Source of the DNA: Mytilus edulis | Taxonomy: Eukaryota | DNA: 64,000 bases | Reading direction: 5' to 3' | Assembly: GCF_963676685.1 (NCBI RefSeq) | Contig: NC_092355.1 | Span: 40,610,001-40,674,000 of the forward strand | Shown here: positions 12,556 to 24,861 of the stretch, piece after piece | How the letters are laid out: the number at the start of each line of letters is the position of its first letter | How positions within the stretch are numbered: position 1 is the first letter of the stretch | The notes under the pieces: generated by a model | The model's input: the letters and a program-made list of their open reading frames with translations, nothing else | Databases searched by the model: none | Told to the model about the DNA's origin: nothing | Translations under genes and position numbers: made by a program

Positions 12556-13419
12556 GTGACTTTAGCTGACAGCATATTACCCTTCGATTCAGTAATCAAT
12601 ATATAATTTCAAATAGACTTTTGACTCATTCAATTTTTCTATTAATAACACAAAAACAAAATAAATAAATGCACAATCGTTATTTTCATTCTCCTCCTTA
12701 TATTCATAGCAATCTAACATAAAGAAAATTTATGAAACCATGCATCTACACATAAAAACCAATCTTTTGCCGTTATGAAATACTTAATAGTGTACTAACA
12801 ATTATAAGCACTGTGATTGAAACCTACAAGAAGGGTTTTCATGTGGAAATAAAGAGCGCAAATCTCAGCAGATTCTTCCTTTGGAAACCTACAAGAAGGC
12901 ATTCCATGAGAAAATTAAGAGCTCAAATCCCAGCGGAGTCTATGACGAAATCGAAAAGTACTGATATATATTATAACCGATATAATTGATCATTTGATTA
13001 CAAATGACCACGAAGAAGTAAGCAATAGTAAGAATTCTTGACTGGTAGAGCAGAATCTGTGAAAGCTAACAAAATCAAATATTGGAAAAATATATCAGTT
13101 TTTTAGTCGACAATATCTAATTTTATTTTTGTTTAGTATACATTTAAAAAAAAATCTATAAAATTTCGATCAGTGATTTTTGTTTGAAGCGTGTGTTGAA
13201 ACGTAGGAAATTGAATAAAAAAAACCATTGTATCTGAATTTGTATGCTATGTCTCATAATATTTTAAAAAATTATTAAGTAAATCTTATTCAAAAAATTC
13301 AGGCACAAATGGCGGATTATGGAATACTGTGGATATAGGGGTCTACACCTTTCAAAAAAAAGAATCAAAAGGGCATTTGAAAAAAACTATTCTATCCGTT
13401 AGAACTTTATATGGTCTCA

Positions 13420-14598
13420 TCAATTTCTACAACATAGTTGTTTGCATGAAGACCTAAAGTCCGTGTCGAAAATCAAATATATGACAGGATTAACAGCAGT
13501 ATTTAAAAGATATCCTCTGTAAAAACATAAAGCTATGAAGTATTCCACATCTGTTAACTCATCCCAGAAATTAGATATAACAGATCCTGCAATCATCAGG
13601 GCAAATCTAGGAAGATAAGAAATACAAGATAAAATCGCTATCAGGAAAAACATTATAAAGAATCGGTGTTTGTGCATTATTCGACATAGGATTTGAACAG
13701 TTGTTGATTTCCGCCTTGTACGGATTTCAGCGGGAACAGTTGATTTGTTCTCCTCGATTGTTCGTTCTCCCTCATTAGTCTGTTGTAGGTTGCTTGTTGT
13801 TGTTGAATCCAGATTTGTGCTGTAAGATTCAGCATCAGTGTAAGTTGATCCATCTGGATTGTTTGTATTTCCTAAACCCTGTTTTACATTGACGTTTTGT
13901 CCATAATTATTTTTCTTTCTAACAGATTCTTTCTTATAAATGATACGAAGTATTACAGAATATAATGAAATGAGTGCAAAAATCCCACACAAACTTGTCA
14001 ATAATAATGTTACTGAATAACCAAATAGTAAATCTCGGCTCACATTTGTCACAGCTCCGCAATTATACCCCGTTATTGTTCTATTGTTGTATTTCAATGG
14101 AACCTCAGCTTCGCCGTACAAAAATAAACACGGTATTGATATAATTATAGATCCAATGATGATTGCTGTAATTGTCAGTCGTTTACTTCTTAGGCTCATG
14201 GAAGAGTTTAATAGTCGACTAACCTTTATATACCGTTGCACAGCAATTGCTAATAGCAACAGAGCCGAAATTAAGGCAATTGAATGATTTAAACTCCAGA
14301 TCAATTTACATATCAAGTCATTTCGAAAATTTAAAGGATTAAAGTTCAAAGAAATGAGAAATGATGCGCCAGTACTACATGTTATAATATCAACAAAAGC
14401 TAAACATGGAATGAAATATCTGTCGTCCGTTTTTGATTTAAGTTTGAATGTATAAACGTACAAAACTAAGCCATTTCCAGCGAGGCTGGCGAATAGAAAC
14501 ACAAATAACAGTACAGTGTTTGGTATTAATAACTTAATCATGGCATTGTTAAGTTCCTTCAGATAAATGTTGCTGTGGCTTTCGTTTGAAAAATACAT
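13420..14598 (-). CDS. Class A orphan GPCR, peptide-receptor-like, 392 aa (GPCR-2)
   Basis: GNGLV (TM1), LAFVD (TM2), ICK...IAVQRY (TM3), GYNC (ECL2), SYLPR (TM6), VNPVIY (TM7), helix 8 DTDFR followed by Cys residues. Confidence 0.95.
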   Translation of the reverse strand: MYFSNESHSNIYLKELNNAMIKLLIPNTVLLFVFLFASLAGNGLVLYVYTFKLKSKTDDRYFIPCLAFVDIITCSTGASFLISLNFNPLNFRNDLICKLIWSLNHSIALISALLLLAIAVQRYIKVSRLLNSSMSLRSKRLTITAIIIGSIIISIPCLFLYGEAEVPLKYNNRTITGYNCGAVTNVSRDLLFGYSVTLLLTSLCGIFALISLYSVILRIIYKKESVRKKNNYGQNVNVKQGLGNTNNPDGSTYTDAESYSTNLDSTTTSNLQQTNEGERTIEENKSTVPAEIRTRRKSTTVQILCRIMHKHRFFIMFFLIAILSCISYLPRFALMIAGSVISNFWDELTDVEYFIALCFYRGYLLNTAVNPVIYLIFDTDFRSSCKQLCCRN

Positions 14599-14621
14599 CC
14601 TTATTGTTGGAATCTAGAGAT

Positions 14622-15294
14622 CTGAAATACAAAGTACATATTGCTCTTGTTAAAATATTGTTTCAAGCAAATTTGATGGCAATTACTTGATTTATTACAG
14701 TTAGTGTTAATAGCTGCATGTTTATTATATTGCTGTTCCATTTAAACCATAAAACCATATATTTCAAACTTATATATTTTACATTTTTTTTATTATCCAA
14801 AACAAGCACGTGGTCATGTCTGCATTATGCATGCTTCATTGAGAAAGATGTCACTATAAACATACAATCAAATCTGCTTTAGAGGCCACCTGTATTAAGC
14901 AAAACCCTGTGTTTAAAGACCACCAATTTTAAATCCCTCTGTAGTACATTTTATATAAATAACCTGTATCAAAAGACCTATTTTCTTAAGAGACCACTTT
15001 CTTGCTCTCCCTTAAGGTGTTTCTTAACAAAGGTTTGACTGTAGTTTTATTTTAAAGTTGGACAACAAGCCACTTTTTTTACACGATTTCATTTCAAAAA
15101 TTGTATTTTCGTCCATATCACTTCTTTGATTTTTTAAAGTACTATAAAATTATTACCATTTTAGGATTACAAGTGTCCTTGCTGTCTCATTACTAATTTT
15201 CATTATTTTGTTTCTTCTTTTTGACATTCAAAGTTTAATTTCTGTATACATCTTTAAAGATAGGAAGATTTCTGTTAAATATATAGGAACTTAC
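14622..15294 (-). other. Predicted 5' UTR intron of GPCR-2
   Basis: Minus-strand acceptor ctttgtatttcAG about 24 nt upstream of the ATG, and a consensus donor AAG|GTAAGT at 15294. Confidence 0.6.
14865..15041. mobile_element. Tc1/mariner-type MITE in the predicted GPCR-2 intron
   Basis: TA|CAATCAAATCT ... AGGTTTGACTG|TA: imperfect TIR with TA duplication. Confidence 0.65.
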
Positions 15295-15524
15295 CTTTTC
15301 AGCTCAAGTTTTAATCGTTTGCTTCTCAATAGTCAACTGATCTTAATATGCCGTTTTTCCTTTGTTATCTATGTTTCAATTCAGTAGCTCTTCTTCGTAG
15401 AGAGACTGTCGTGATCATTTCATAGATTTTAATGGACGGTCCTTTAAAAGCAGGAAACGTCTATGCAACTGAGATAATTGACAACGATTAAATTTATGTT
15501 TCCTGTACTTCCTTTTTAAATTTT

Positions 15525-16470
15525 ATGTTAAAAAACAAAATGTCAGTTTTCTACCCTTTAATCGTTATGCCCTGTCGTCTATTATCATATGTTAAGAAAA
15601 GAAAATGTCAGTTTTTTACCCTTTATTGTTATGTACTGTCGTCTATTATCCAATGTTAAAAAAATAAAATGTCAGTGTTTTACCCTTTATCGTTATGTAC
15701 TGTCGTCTATTATCCTATGTTAAAAAAAGAAAATATCAGTTTTTTACCTTTTATCGTTATATAGTGTCGTCTATTATCCTATGTTAAAAAAAGAAAATGT
15801 CAATTTTTTATCCTTTATCGTTATGTACTGTCGTCTATTATCCTATGTTAAGAAAAGAAAATATCAGTTTTTTACCCTTTATCGTTATATAGTGTCGTCT
15901 ATTATCCTATGTTAAAAAAAGAAAATGTCAGTGTTTTACCCTTTATCGTTATGTACTGTCGTCTATTATCCTATGTTAAGAAAAAAAAATATCAGTTTTT
16001 TACCTTTTATCGTTATGTACTGTCGTCTATTATCCTATGTTAAGAAAAAAAATATCAGTTTTTTACCTTTTATCGTTATGTAGTGTCGTCTATTATCCTG
16101 TGTTAAAAAAAGAAAATGTCAGTTTGTTACCCTTTATCGTTATGTACTGTTGACTATTATCCTATGTTAAAAAAAGAAAATGTAAGTGTTTTAACTTTTA
16201 TATTTATGTACTGTCGTCTTTTATTCTATGTTTAAAAAAAATGTCAGTTTTTTACCCTTCATCGTTATGTACTGTTGTCTATTATCCTGTGTTAAAAAAA
16301 TGTCAGTTTTTTACCCTGAATCATTCTGTACTGTCGTTTTTTATCCTTTGTTAAAAAAAGAAAATGTCAGTTTTTTACCCTTTATCGTTATGTATTGGCG
16401 TCTATTATCCTATGTTAAAAAAGAAAAAATCAGTTTTTTACACTTTATCGTTATGTATTGACGTCTATAA
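15525..16470. repeat. Minisatellite, ~64 bp unit, ~15 copies
   Basis: Unit TTATCGTTATGTACTGTCGTCTATTATCCTATGTTAAAAAAAGAAAATGTCAGTTTTTTACCCT, head-to-tail with no spacers. Confidence 0.95.
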
Positions 16471-17318
16471 TCATCATTATATTACCTGTTGTACATGTAA
16501 TAATTTGATGTCATGGATTATGTGATGTAGTTTTGACTAAGCTGTTTGGGCTTTACTCATTGTTGAAGTGCGATGACATATAGTTAAAAATGTCTGTGCC
16601 CTTTGGTCTTTTGTTGAGAGTTGTTTAATTTTCAATCATACCATATTTTCCTTTTATATTTTCAACAGATTTGAACTAAATAAAGGAAAGAGTCAGGTAC
16701 ATTTCGGTCCCATTTGTTTATGTTTCTGTACACAAGTGTTAATTTTAGTCTAATTCTTTGATAACATATGATTAACTAGCAATTGACACAAATCAAAAGT
16801 TTCATATCAGTACTTACTTCTTATAAAAAAAAAATTATGCAATATCCATTGATATCAAGGCCACTTTTCAGGATATATTTCTATCACAAAATACGGGATT
16901 TGTATATAAAATTTAAACAAAACAGTGATAAACTTGTGATTTTAGGTTGCATGTGCAGCAGGTTCAGCTTACCCTTCCGCAGCACCCGAGATCACCCCAA
17001 GTTATGTTACGGTACATGTTGCTCGGTCTTTTGTCTTCAATGTTATTTTGTGTACTGTTGTTTGTCGGTTCGTCTAATTTAGCCATGTCAGTTTATTTTC
17101 AACTTAAAGTTTGAATATCCCTTTGTATGCGTTGCCCCTCTTTAACATGTTTAACATCAATTATATGGTCATTTTTATAAATTTCCTGTTACAAAACTTT
17201 GAATTTTTCGAAAAGGATTTTCGTATCCCATGAATAGAATACCTTAGCCGTATTTGACACAAGTCTTTGGAATTTTGGGGTCTTCAATGGTCTTCAACTA
17301 GAACTTGTTTTGATCTGA

Positions 17319-17362
17319 GCGTCACTGGTGAGTCTTGTGAAAACGAAACGCACGTATGGCGT
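17319..17362 (+). ncRNA. Degenerate minimal type I hammerhead ribozyme
   Basis: GCGTCA CTGGTGA GTCT tgtga AAAC GAAA CGCACG TA TGGCGT; core and stem substitutions relative to the copy at 34196. Confidence 0.65.
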
Positions 17363-17412
17363 TTTAAATTATAATCCGGGTACCTTTGATAAATATTTAC
17401 ATCCCTGGGTCG

Positions 17413-17465
17413 ATGCCACTGCTGGTAGACGTTTCGTCCCTGAGGGTATCACCAGCCAAGTAGTA
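17413..17465 (-). ncRNA. Antisense hammerhead-like motif (non-canonical)
   Basis: Minus strand ACTACTTGG CTGGTGA TACCCTCAGGGAC GAAA CG TC TACCAGCAGT; GAAACGTC palindromic stem III, but stems I/II are imperfect and core A6 is G. Confidence 0.45.
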
Positions 17466-20400
17466 AGCACGTCGGTGTTCACGTGAATATCAATTATATG
17501 GTCATTTTTATAATTTTTTGTAACAAAACTTTGAATTTTTAGAAAAAGATTTTCTTATCCGAGGAATATATTATCTTAGCCGTATTTGGCACAATTTAAA
17601 TACTGTAATTTGTGCATTTACGATATCAAATAGAAAATTCCGTTTGTCCAGAGATTACGACAGTATTTAAACAAACAAAGGTAGATGAAAAAAACTTTTA
17701 CAGGTATTCTATGTATTTATTTTTTTTCGTGGGTAACAATTTTGTAGATTGAAGAAAACTTGATGTGGATACTTGATTCTATGTTTTTCCAAAATTCTGC
17801 ATATACATGTAATCGTACAGCAATTTCGCAACTCGTTGAACATTTAAATTCATGTTCTCAATGTTCCCACTAAATCAACGAAACAAAATCCACAGTAGTT
17901 TAATACATCATAATAGATAACTGTTATTTTGTTGTTTACTTCGAGATTTTAACAAAACGTCATTTTACAAACTAAGCCGAATTGGATTGGCTATGTACTA
18001 AATATTTGTCTGTAATGGTGTTCTAGGTCGCCCCTAAGTACCAGACGTGTTTGGAACACATGGAAGTCCTTACACATGATCATTGACATTGTTAATCAAC
18101 AGCCCAACGAGCAGGATGTTACAATATAAAAAGGAAGATTTGGTGTAACTGGTTATCAAATAAATCTCCACCAGAGACCACATGACGTATTAGCTAGCAA
18201 TTATTGATCTCCGTACGGCCTTCAATAATTAACATAGCCAATACCCTAGACTAGTTCCAGATTGCAATATTCAGTATGTTACACATATACCAATATAACT
18301 CATGAGAGGGTATGGCTTATAGCTAATACCTGGAACGTAGTACCGGGAACCAGGAAACCGATACCGTAAAATCAGCTGTAAATGGTTAAGCCAGAGTCTT
18401 TGAACAAATGTCATTACAAATTTGGATTAAAAGTATACATTTTATTTTATTTTTATTTATTTACTATTTTTTTGGGGGGAGCAGATTTGAGTTATGTGTA
18501 GTCTTTTACCGTGCCGAGATGAATCTATATTATTAAACGTAGTGTTGGTCATTCAGATGAAAACGTGTAGGCATGTATGAGTTAACTGTCTAAACAATTA
18601 ATGAATTATATATCAGTCAACATAAATTGTTTATCATAATAATTGCTGGATGAGGAAACCGCTACTTAATGACTACATTTTAAAAAAGAATCTTTCGAAA
18701 ATATTGTGATTTATAAGTGCAATATAGACAATATTGCACCTTTGAAATCACAATATTTAATTTGATTTACATTCCATATCACTACACAAAAGGAAAGGAC
18801 TTGTAAAAAAATAAATCGGACAAAAATTCAGGAAATCTGTATAGACTTTTTGTCTCACTTGTATTACATGCATAATGCTTCATTCCTTATTGAGCAATGT
18901 TCAATGGGTAAAAGTATAACAACAGTTATAAGATTTCTTTGCATATACAAATAACGCTGTATATGATGTATTTGTGTATGCCTCAGACACAAATGCTGGA
19001 AAGGATTTGGAATCCATATTTTTTTTAAATCATATCAAATTAATTTCATATTTCAAGAAACTATACGTATATTGTTTTTATACTGAAATCGATAAAAAAT
19101 TAAAAATTTTTAAAAATATGTAACAAATATTGTTAAAAAAAAAAGTGTTTGGAATTTCCCTCTTGGGGTACCATTTTGGGGTATTCCCTATGACCGTAGT
19201 ACAGGCGGTAGGACAATGACATTTTAAGGAATTAGAAAGAGAAAATGAACTTAATTAATAACATCTAATAAACATGGTATATAAATTACCAATTTGAAGA
19301 CATAACAAGTTTAAATCCATAAAAGTTTGATCATTTTTACTACACGTTGTTGATGAAATACAGTAGTTCCGGTAAGAAGGCGGGGCTTATAGGTTAGTTG
19401 AGGTCATTGACGTATAAAGCTAACGTTTATACGTATAGCTTTATATGTATAGTAAAATAGCTTATTGCAGTATAAATATGTTTATTTGTTTGTATTCAAT
19501 TACAGAAAACGGAGTTTTGATAAAAAGCCATCATTAAATTAACTGTTAATACCAAAATCTTTCAATAGAAATGTTATCTCCCGGCTCAGTGTTTCTTATG
19601 TTTTTTATTGTTTTCAATGTTCATCATATCTGTTTTGAATTGGCCAACTAACTGTTTAGATGCGGGGCGCTAATGGGTGGTCTTTTTTTAGACGAATCGC
19701 GTTTTTGTCAAATAATATGCCTTTCAGCTTTTTAACCACTGGGTCGATGCCACGGGTTATGGACTTTTCATTCTCGTCAGAAGCCTTGCATTGACATTTG
19801 ATATTATACAAAATACTATTGACTTGACATATCAACGATATAAGGATGAGGCTTAGAAAAGGAGCAATGCGAGGCACATTTGAGCTTTTCCCCGTGTCTT
19901 GCCGAATCCTTATACTGTCGGAAACAATAACAGGTTGAAAACCGAGCTTTTTTTCAAGAGGTCGTATGAATATTTAAATATAATTTCGGCAACTTGTATT
20001 TAAATATTCATGAGTAATAGTGATATCGGGTCAGTGACAGTATATGACATGGAAATATACAGTTAACTACTCAAATAGAACAAGTGCAGTATAAATTACT
20101 TTATAATATTTCAGTTGTTCTTACTACTGTGTTTTTGATTATGTCGGTATATAAGAATAATGTAGTACAAAAGCAGTTTAACTAATCCAATTATAAGCTG
20201 AGTAAATTGATATTTTTTCGTTTTTATAAATGTTGGCAACAATAATTTACGATTTTTAAATCTCTTAAATCTATTTAGAAGGCAAATTAAGGTTTCAAAA
20301 ACCGACACATTTGCATTGAACATTGTTCAGCTCCAACAGTAGACTGGCAAGTGTCTTTTGACTTTATTTATTCTACCATCATACAAAACTATAAATTCGA

Positions 20401-21094
20401 CTATAAATTACAGATTATCAACAAGATATAAGATATTTTAACCTCAAGAAGTAGAATGTTAGATCGACACATCTTGATGTCTTTTTGTTAATCTTTCGAA
20501 TACAAATATTTCACCTCTGATTATGTTACTACAGACCTATGCGTAGAACACGAAATGGTTTAGGTGTTGTTACTCAGTTAAAATAAAACATTTGAAGACA
20601 ATATTGGACTTCAAAGGATGATGTAACATATCATGAGCAGGCTGACACAGATATATAACGTATTGTTCAACCAATGTGTGATAGTCGTTCTTCATTATAA
20701 TGTTGTATAGGGGTTTATACGTAGCCCACTCCTGATTTTAAAGTAAGTATATTTTTTTATAATACACGAATTTAACATATCAACTGAGATATGCATATGT
20801 CTTACGATTTGGGCAATAATGTTACTTTTAAGAAATGAGAAGTTGACAATTTAAAAATCACTCTGGTCAATAGATACGGAATTTATAGATCAAAATATGA
20901 AGCAGACCGTCTTGTTTTACGGCACTATTAATTTAAAGTTGAATAAGGCCGTGTTCACATCAAACGCCATGTACAGTAAACTTGGTTACAATTAGTTTTA
21001 TGTACTGGACATTGGTTTCACATTAAATTTGTTCACATCCATACACCTTGTTTAATTACCTGTACATAAGATTTGTTCACACTTGTAAACTCTA

Positions 21095-21718
21095 AAAAAA
21101 CAGTTGTTGGCATGACACGGGTTATGTTCTTCTCATATATTTTATGATAGTATGATACTAAACCCCTAAAGGGAGGGATTGTACCTGATATTCATATGAT
21201 GAAGACATAATCTTTCAATCAGTTTAATTGAGGTCTGGAGCTGGCATGTCAGTTAACTGCTAGTAGTCTGTTGTTATTTATGTATTATTGTCATTTTATT
21301 TATTTTCTTTTGTTACATCTTTTGACATCGGACTCGGACTTCTCTTGAACTGAATTTTAATGTGCGTATTGTTATTCTTTTACTTTTCTACATTGGCTAG
21401 AGGTATAGGGGGAGGGTTGAGATCTCATAAACATGTTTAACCCCGCCGCAATTTTGCGCCTGTCCCAAGTCAGGAGCCTCTGGCCTTTGTTAGTCTTGTA
21501 TGATTTTAAATTTTAGTTTCTTGTGTATAATTCGGAGTTTAGTATGACGTCCATTATCACTGTACTATTATGCATATTTTAGGGGCCAGCTGAAGGACAC
21601 CTACGGGTGCGGGAATTCTCGCTACATTGAAGACCCATTGGTTGCCTTCAGCTGTTGTTTGCTCTATGGTCGGGTGGTTGTCGCTTTGACATATTCACCA
21701 TTTCCTTTCTCAATTTTA
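21095..21718. mobile_element. Dispersed repeat nested in the Harbinger-type element
   Basis: GC-richer block ending CCTTTCTCAATTTTA, flanked by TCTA on both sides; short related pieces near 27165-27210 and 59850. Confidence 0.55.
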
Positions 21719-21774
21719 TCTATTTCATTTAAATGTTCATTACGTAGAACCGAATGCAAAGTTTTCTAGCAGTA

Positions 21775-22066
21775 AGAGAACGACCATTTGACTTCAAATC
21801 AGCGCGAGGGGGGATCGATGGAAATATTCCGAACCCCAGTTGGATAAAAAAAAGGTCCTACAGATGATACAAAAATATTCTAAATCAAGAGTTTCCCAAA
21901 ATATTATAGTGTTAAATGTTGAAAAAAAGATTGATGACCAGCATCGAAAAAAAAGGGAATAAAACGTTTGCGCGGAAAAATTTCTTGCTCAGATAAATTA
22001 GCAAAATACCCCCCCCCCCCCCCCCCCCCCCCTCCCCCCTCTTTTTAAGTTAAGTGGTTGCTTCTT
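21775..22066. mobile_element. MITE with AGRGAACGACCATT-type TIRs and a poly-C tract, nested in the Harbinger-type element
   Basis: AGAGAACGACCATTTGACTT ... AAGTTAAGTGGTTGCTTCT imperfect TIR; the same right end recurs at about 56168-56200. Confidence 0.6.
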
Positions 22067-22921
22067 TATGAAAGCCATTTTGAGGATTTGCAGTAGTTTA
22101 AAAATAATAAAGATGTCTCGATTAAGCATTAGAAAACGTAGGCTGCAGCAGCATGCTTACAGGCAAAGAATATATATTTTTATTCTCATAAAGGCAATGC
22201 ATTCAATTTACATCGGTACCGAGATTGAAGGAAACGAAGGAATGATATATTAGGGATTACTATATTCCTATCTTTTCCGTTTGTTTCAAATGGTATTTCT
22301 TCTCCAAGAAGTATTTGCCAATGGGAGGTGGTAATGTTGGGTTTTTTTTTAGTTTTAAGGGTAATTTAACGGATCCGAGATACATGTACTAGACAAACAA
22401 TACATTTACCTCACACTTTTTAAGTAAAACCTTTATGAGTGAATCGTTGTTTGAGTAAAGACCAGTGGCAAACATTTCTGTGCAAGTCAAGTCGATTCGG
22501 AAAGACCTTAATTTTCAAATGAATTATGTTTTCGGCAATGATGCTGCTTTGAGTCTTGATAAGGGCTTAACAAAGCTACGTTAAGTTTTAAAAAAAAACA
22601 AATAAATATATCAAGTTTAGACAAATATTTTTGTAAAGAACTTTATTAATAATTGTTATAAATATCAATTTTATTCAAAAATTGTTTCTTCCTTCAATAT
22701 ACGCGGTGAAACTAATGTTTTAAATGCCTAGTTTTGTAAACACTTAACCTACACAAGGCCTACATCGATTGTCGACTGCATGTAGACAAAACATGATTTA
22801 AACTACATGTAAACATTGAGTTTTATCAATGGGAACGTAAGTTTGTTTAGTTTACGTGTGAGTTACACTGACACAACACCGAGTTTAGGTCAATGTGAAC
22901 ACGGCCTAAGATATATATATA

Positions 22922-23103
22922 TAGTGTAACCTGTCTTATCCTACACCTAAGTATTTCAAACATCCTGCTTTATCCAACACATGTTTATGGTCCCACACTC
23001 TCACGAATTTTCTTGTAGAAAAAAAATAAGTATTCCGACACTCTGCTTAATCCGACATTTTTTTCAGGTCATCCAGTGTGTCAGATTACACAGATTAAAC
23101 TGT
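22922..23103. mobile_element. Degenerate Tc/mariner-type MITE
   Basis: TAGTGTAACCTGTCTTATCC ... AGATTACACAGATTAAACTG imperfect TIR next to a (TA)n run. Confidence 0.5.
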
Positions 23104-24861
23104 GACGCACACACTATTTTAAATCTTGGTGGTGAAGTGAAAGTATATTATTAATATATCTGAAAATGGAAATACTGTTCAGGTTACATGTGTGTATACA
23201 TTTTCAAAAATCAGGAAACTGATGTTCAGTGGTTGTCGTTTGTTGATGTGGTTTATACGTTTTTTCTCCTTTTTTACATAGATTACATCTTTGGTTTTCT
23301 GTTCGTTTGGTTTGAAGGAAGTCATCTTTTGGGCCCTTTATAGCTTGATGTTCGGTGTGAGCCAAGGGTCAGTGTTAAAGATCGTACTTTGATCATTAAT
23401 GGTATACTTACTTTTGGTGTCCGTCCTCTTAACACGTTATTCAAAGTACGCACAAAACTGTTTTTTCTAACCAAACTCATCAGCTAAAAATATGTCAAAT
23501 GTGTCCAAGTCCGATGACAGACAAGGAAACAGAAAAAACTAAGCAAAATGACAAAGAGACAAAATTACCAAAGTTAAATAAAAAATTCTGACATTTATTC
23601 AAATAAAGATTTTGAAGGCTAACTAACAAGTGGTTTCAAAACAAACAGATGAGGAAACCATAAATATTAAAATCTTAAGTGTCATACGGATACACTCAAG
23701 ATAAAAATAGCAGAGATAGGAATGTTCATCCGTAGTTTAAGTACTTTTGTATGTTATTAATTCAATATATTTAACTGAGGAAATGTTATCTTTCACAAGT
23801 CAAATGTCTAAATTGCAAAAGAGGGGCGAAAGATACCAGAGAGAAAGTCAAACTCATAAATCGAAAATAAACTGACAATACCATGGCTAAAATGAAAATT
23901 ACAAACAGACAAAAATGGTGCACAAGAAACAATAAAGAAAACTTAAGACTGAGCAACATGAACTCCACTAAAAAATGGGGGTTATCGCAGGTGCTTTGGA
24001 AGGGTAAACAGATTCTGTTCCACATGTGACATACGTCGTGTTGTATGTTATTTCAAATCCGGTAATGGAAAAAACGTTTTTTTAATTACAATTTGATATG
24101 TGGAGAAAACTTCCATTTGATTATTATTTCATAACAATAAAATTGAGTGCAGAACTAAAGATTAGGCCAGTGGTCATTTACAATGCCATGACAATAATAT
24201 TGAAGTGACTACAAGACTACAGTCGACAAAACACAACAGATAGAAAATTCACTGAGCAACACAAACCCCAATGTTATAAAAGAGGGGCGAAATATACCAG
24301 ACGGACAGTCAAACTCATAAAACGAAAATAATTTGACAACGTTAACGCCATGGCTAAAATTTAAAAAGACAAACAGAAAAACAATAGTACACATGACACA
24401 ACATAAAAAACTCAAGAACAAGCAACACGATTTTTCATATAACGTAACTATTCATTGAGCAAGTCGTAAAAACCAAAACCTCGCAATGTTTTTGCAAATT
24501 TACATTCTTTATTAGTACATTCGATATTCTTCTAATATATTAGATGAAACTTTTTCTACGATACACATTGTTCTGAAACCTTCAGATAAGGTTTTGCATG
24601 GATAGTAATGCTTGCTTTTTAAGGTTCTAAAAGTTTAAATCAAATCAGAAACCTTTTAATTGCAGAGGTTAATTATAAGCATGTAACTTGTATGTGGACA
24701 CTATGTCTTCCATCAAGATTTTGAAAATGGCCTAACTTTTATGCCGGGAACATGTATATTACACGCTAACCTAACGTTCCAAACTACGGTGAATAATTAA
24801 TAAGCATTTCTACAGAAGGAAACTGGGATTTAAATATATTAAAATTAAAAGTTTTCTAAAG

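Larger units (their letters stand above)
17157..17594 (+). mobile_element. Retrozyme / Penelope pLTR-like repeat, ~1.3 units of ~332 bp
   Basis: 17157-17262 repeats at 17489-17594; the unit contains hammerhead-like motifs at 17319-17362 (+) and 17413-17465 (-). Confidence 0.8.
20947..22906. mobile_element. PIF/Harbinger-type non-autonomous element with nested insertions
   Basis: Perfect 14 bp TIR GGCCGTGTTCACAT / ATGTGAACACGGCC with TAA on both sides. Confidence 0.85.

Noticed and set aside
15525-16470. CRISPR-like array
   Set aside because: Units are head-to-tail with no unique spacers, there are no cas genes, and the context is eukaryotic.
22008-22040. Poly-C tract as a regulatory G-quadruplex
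   Set aside because: It is the expanded C-run of a MITE subterminal region, and homopolymer length is unreliable in assemblies.
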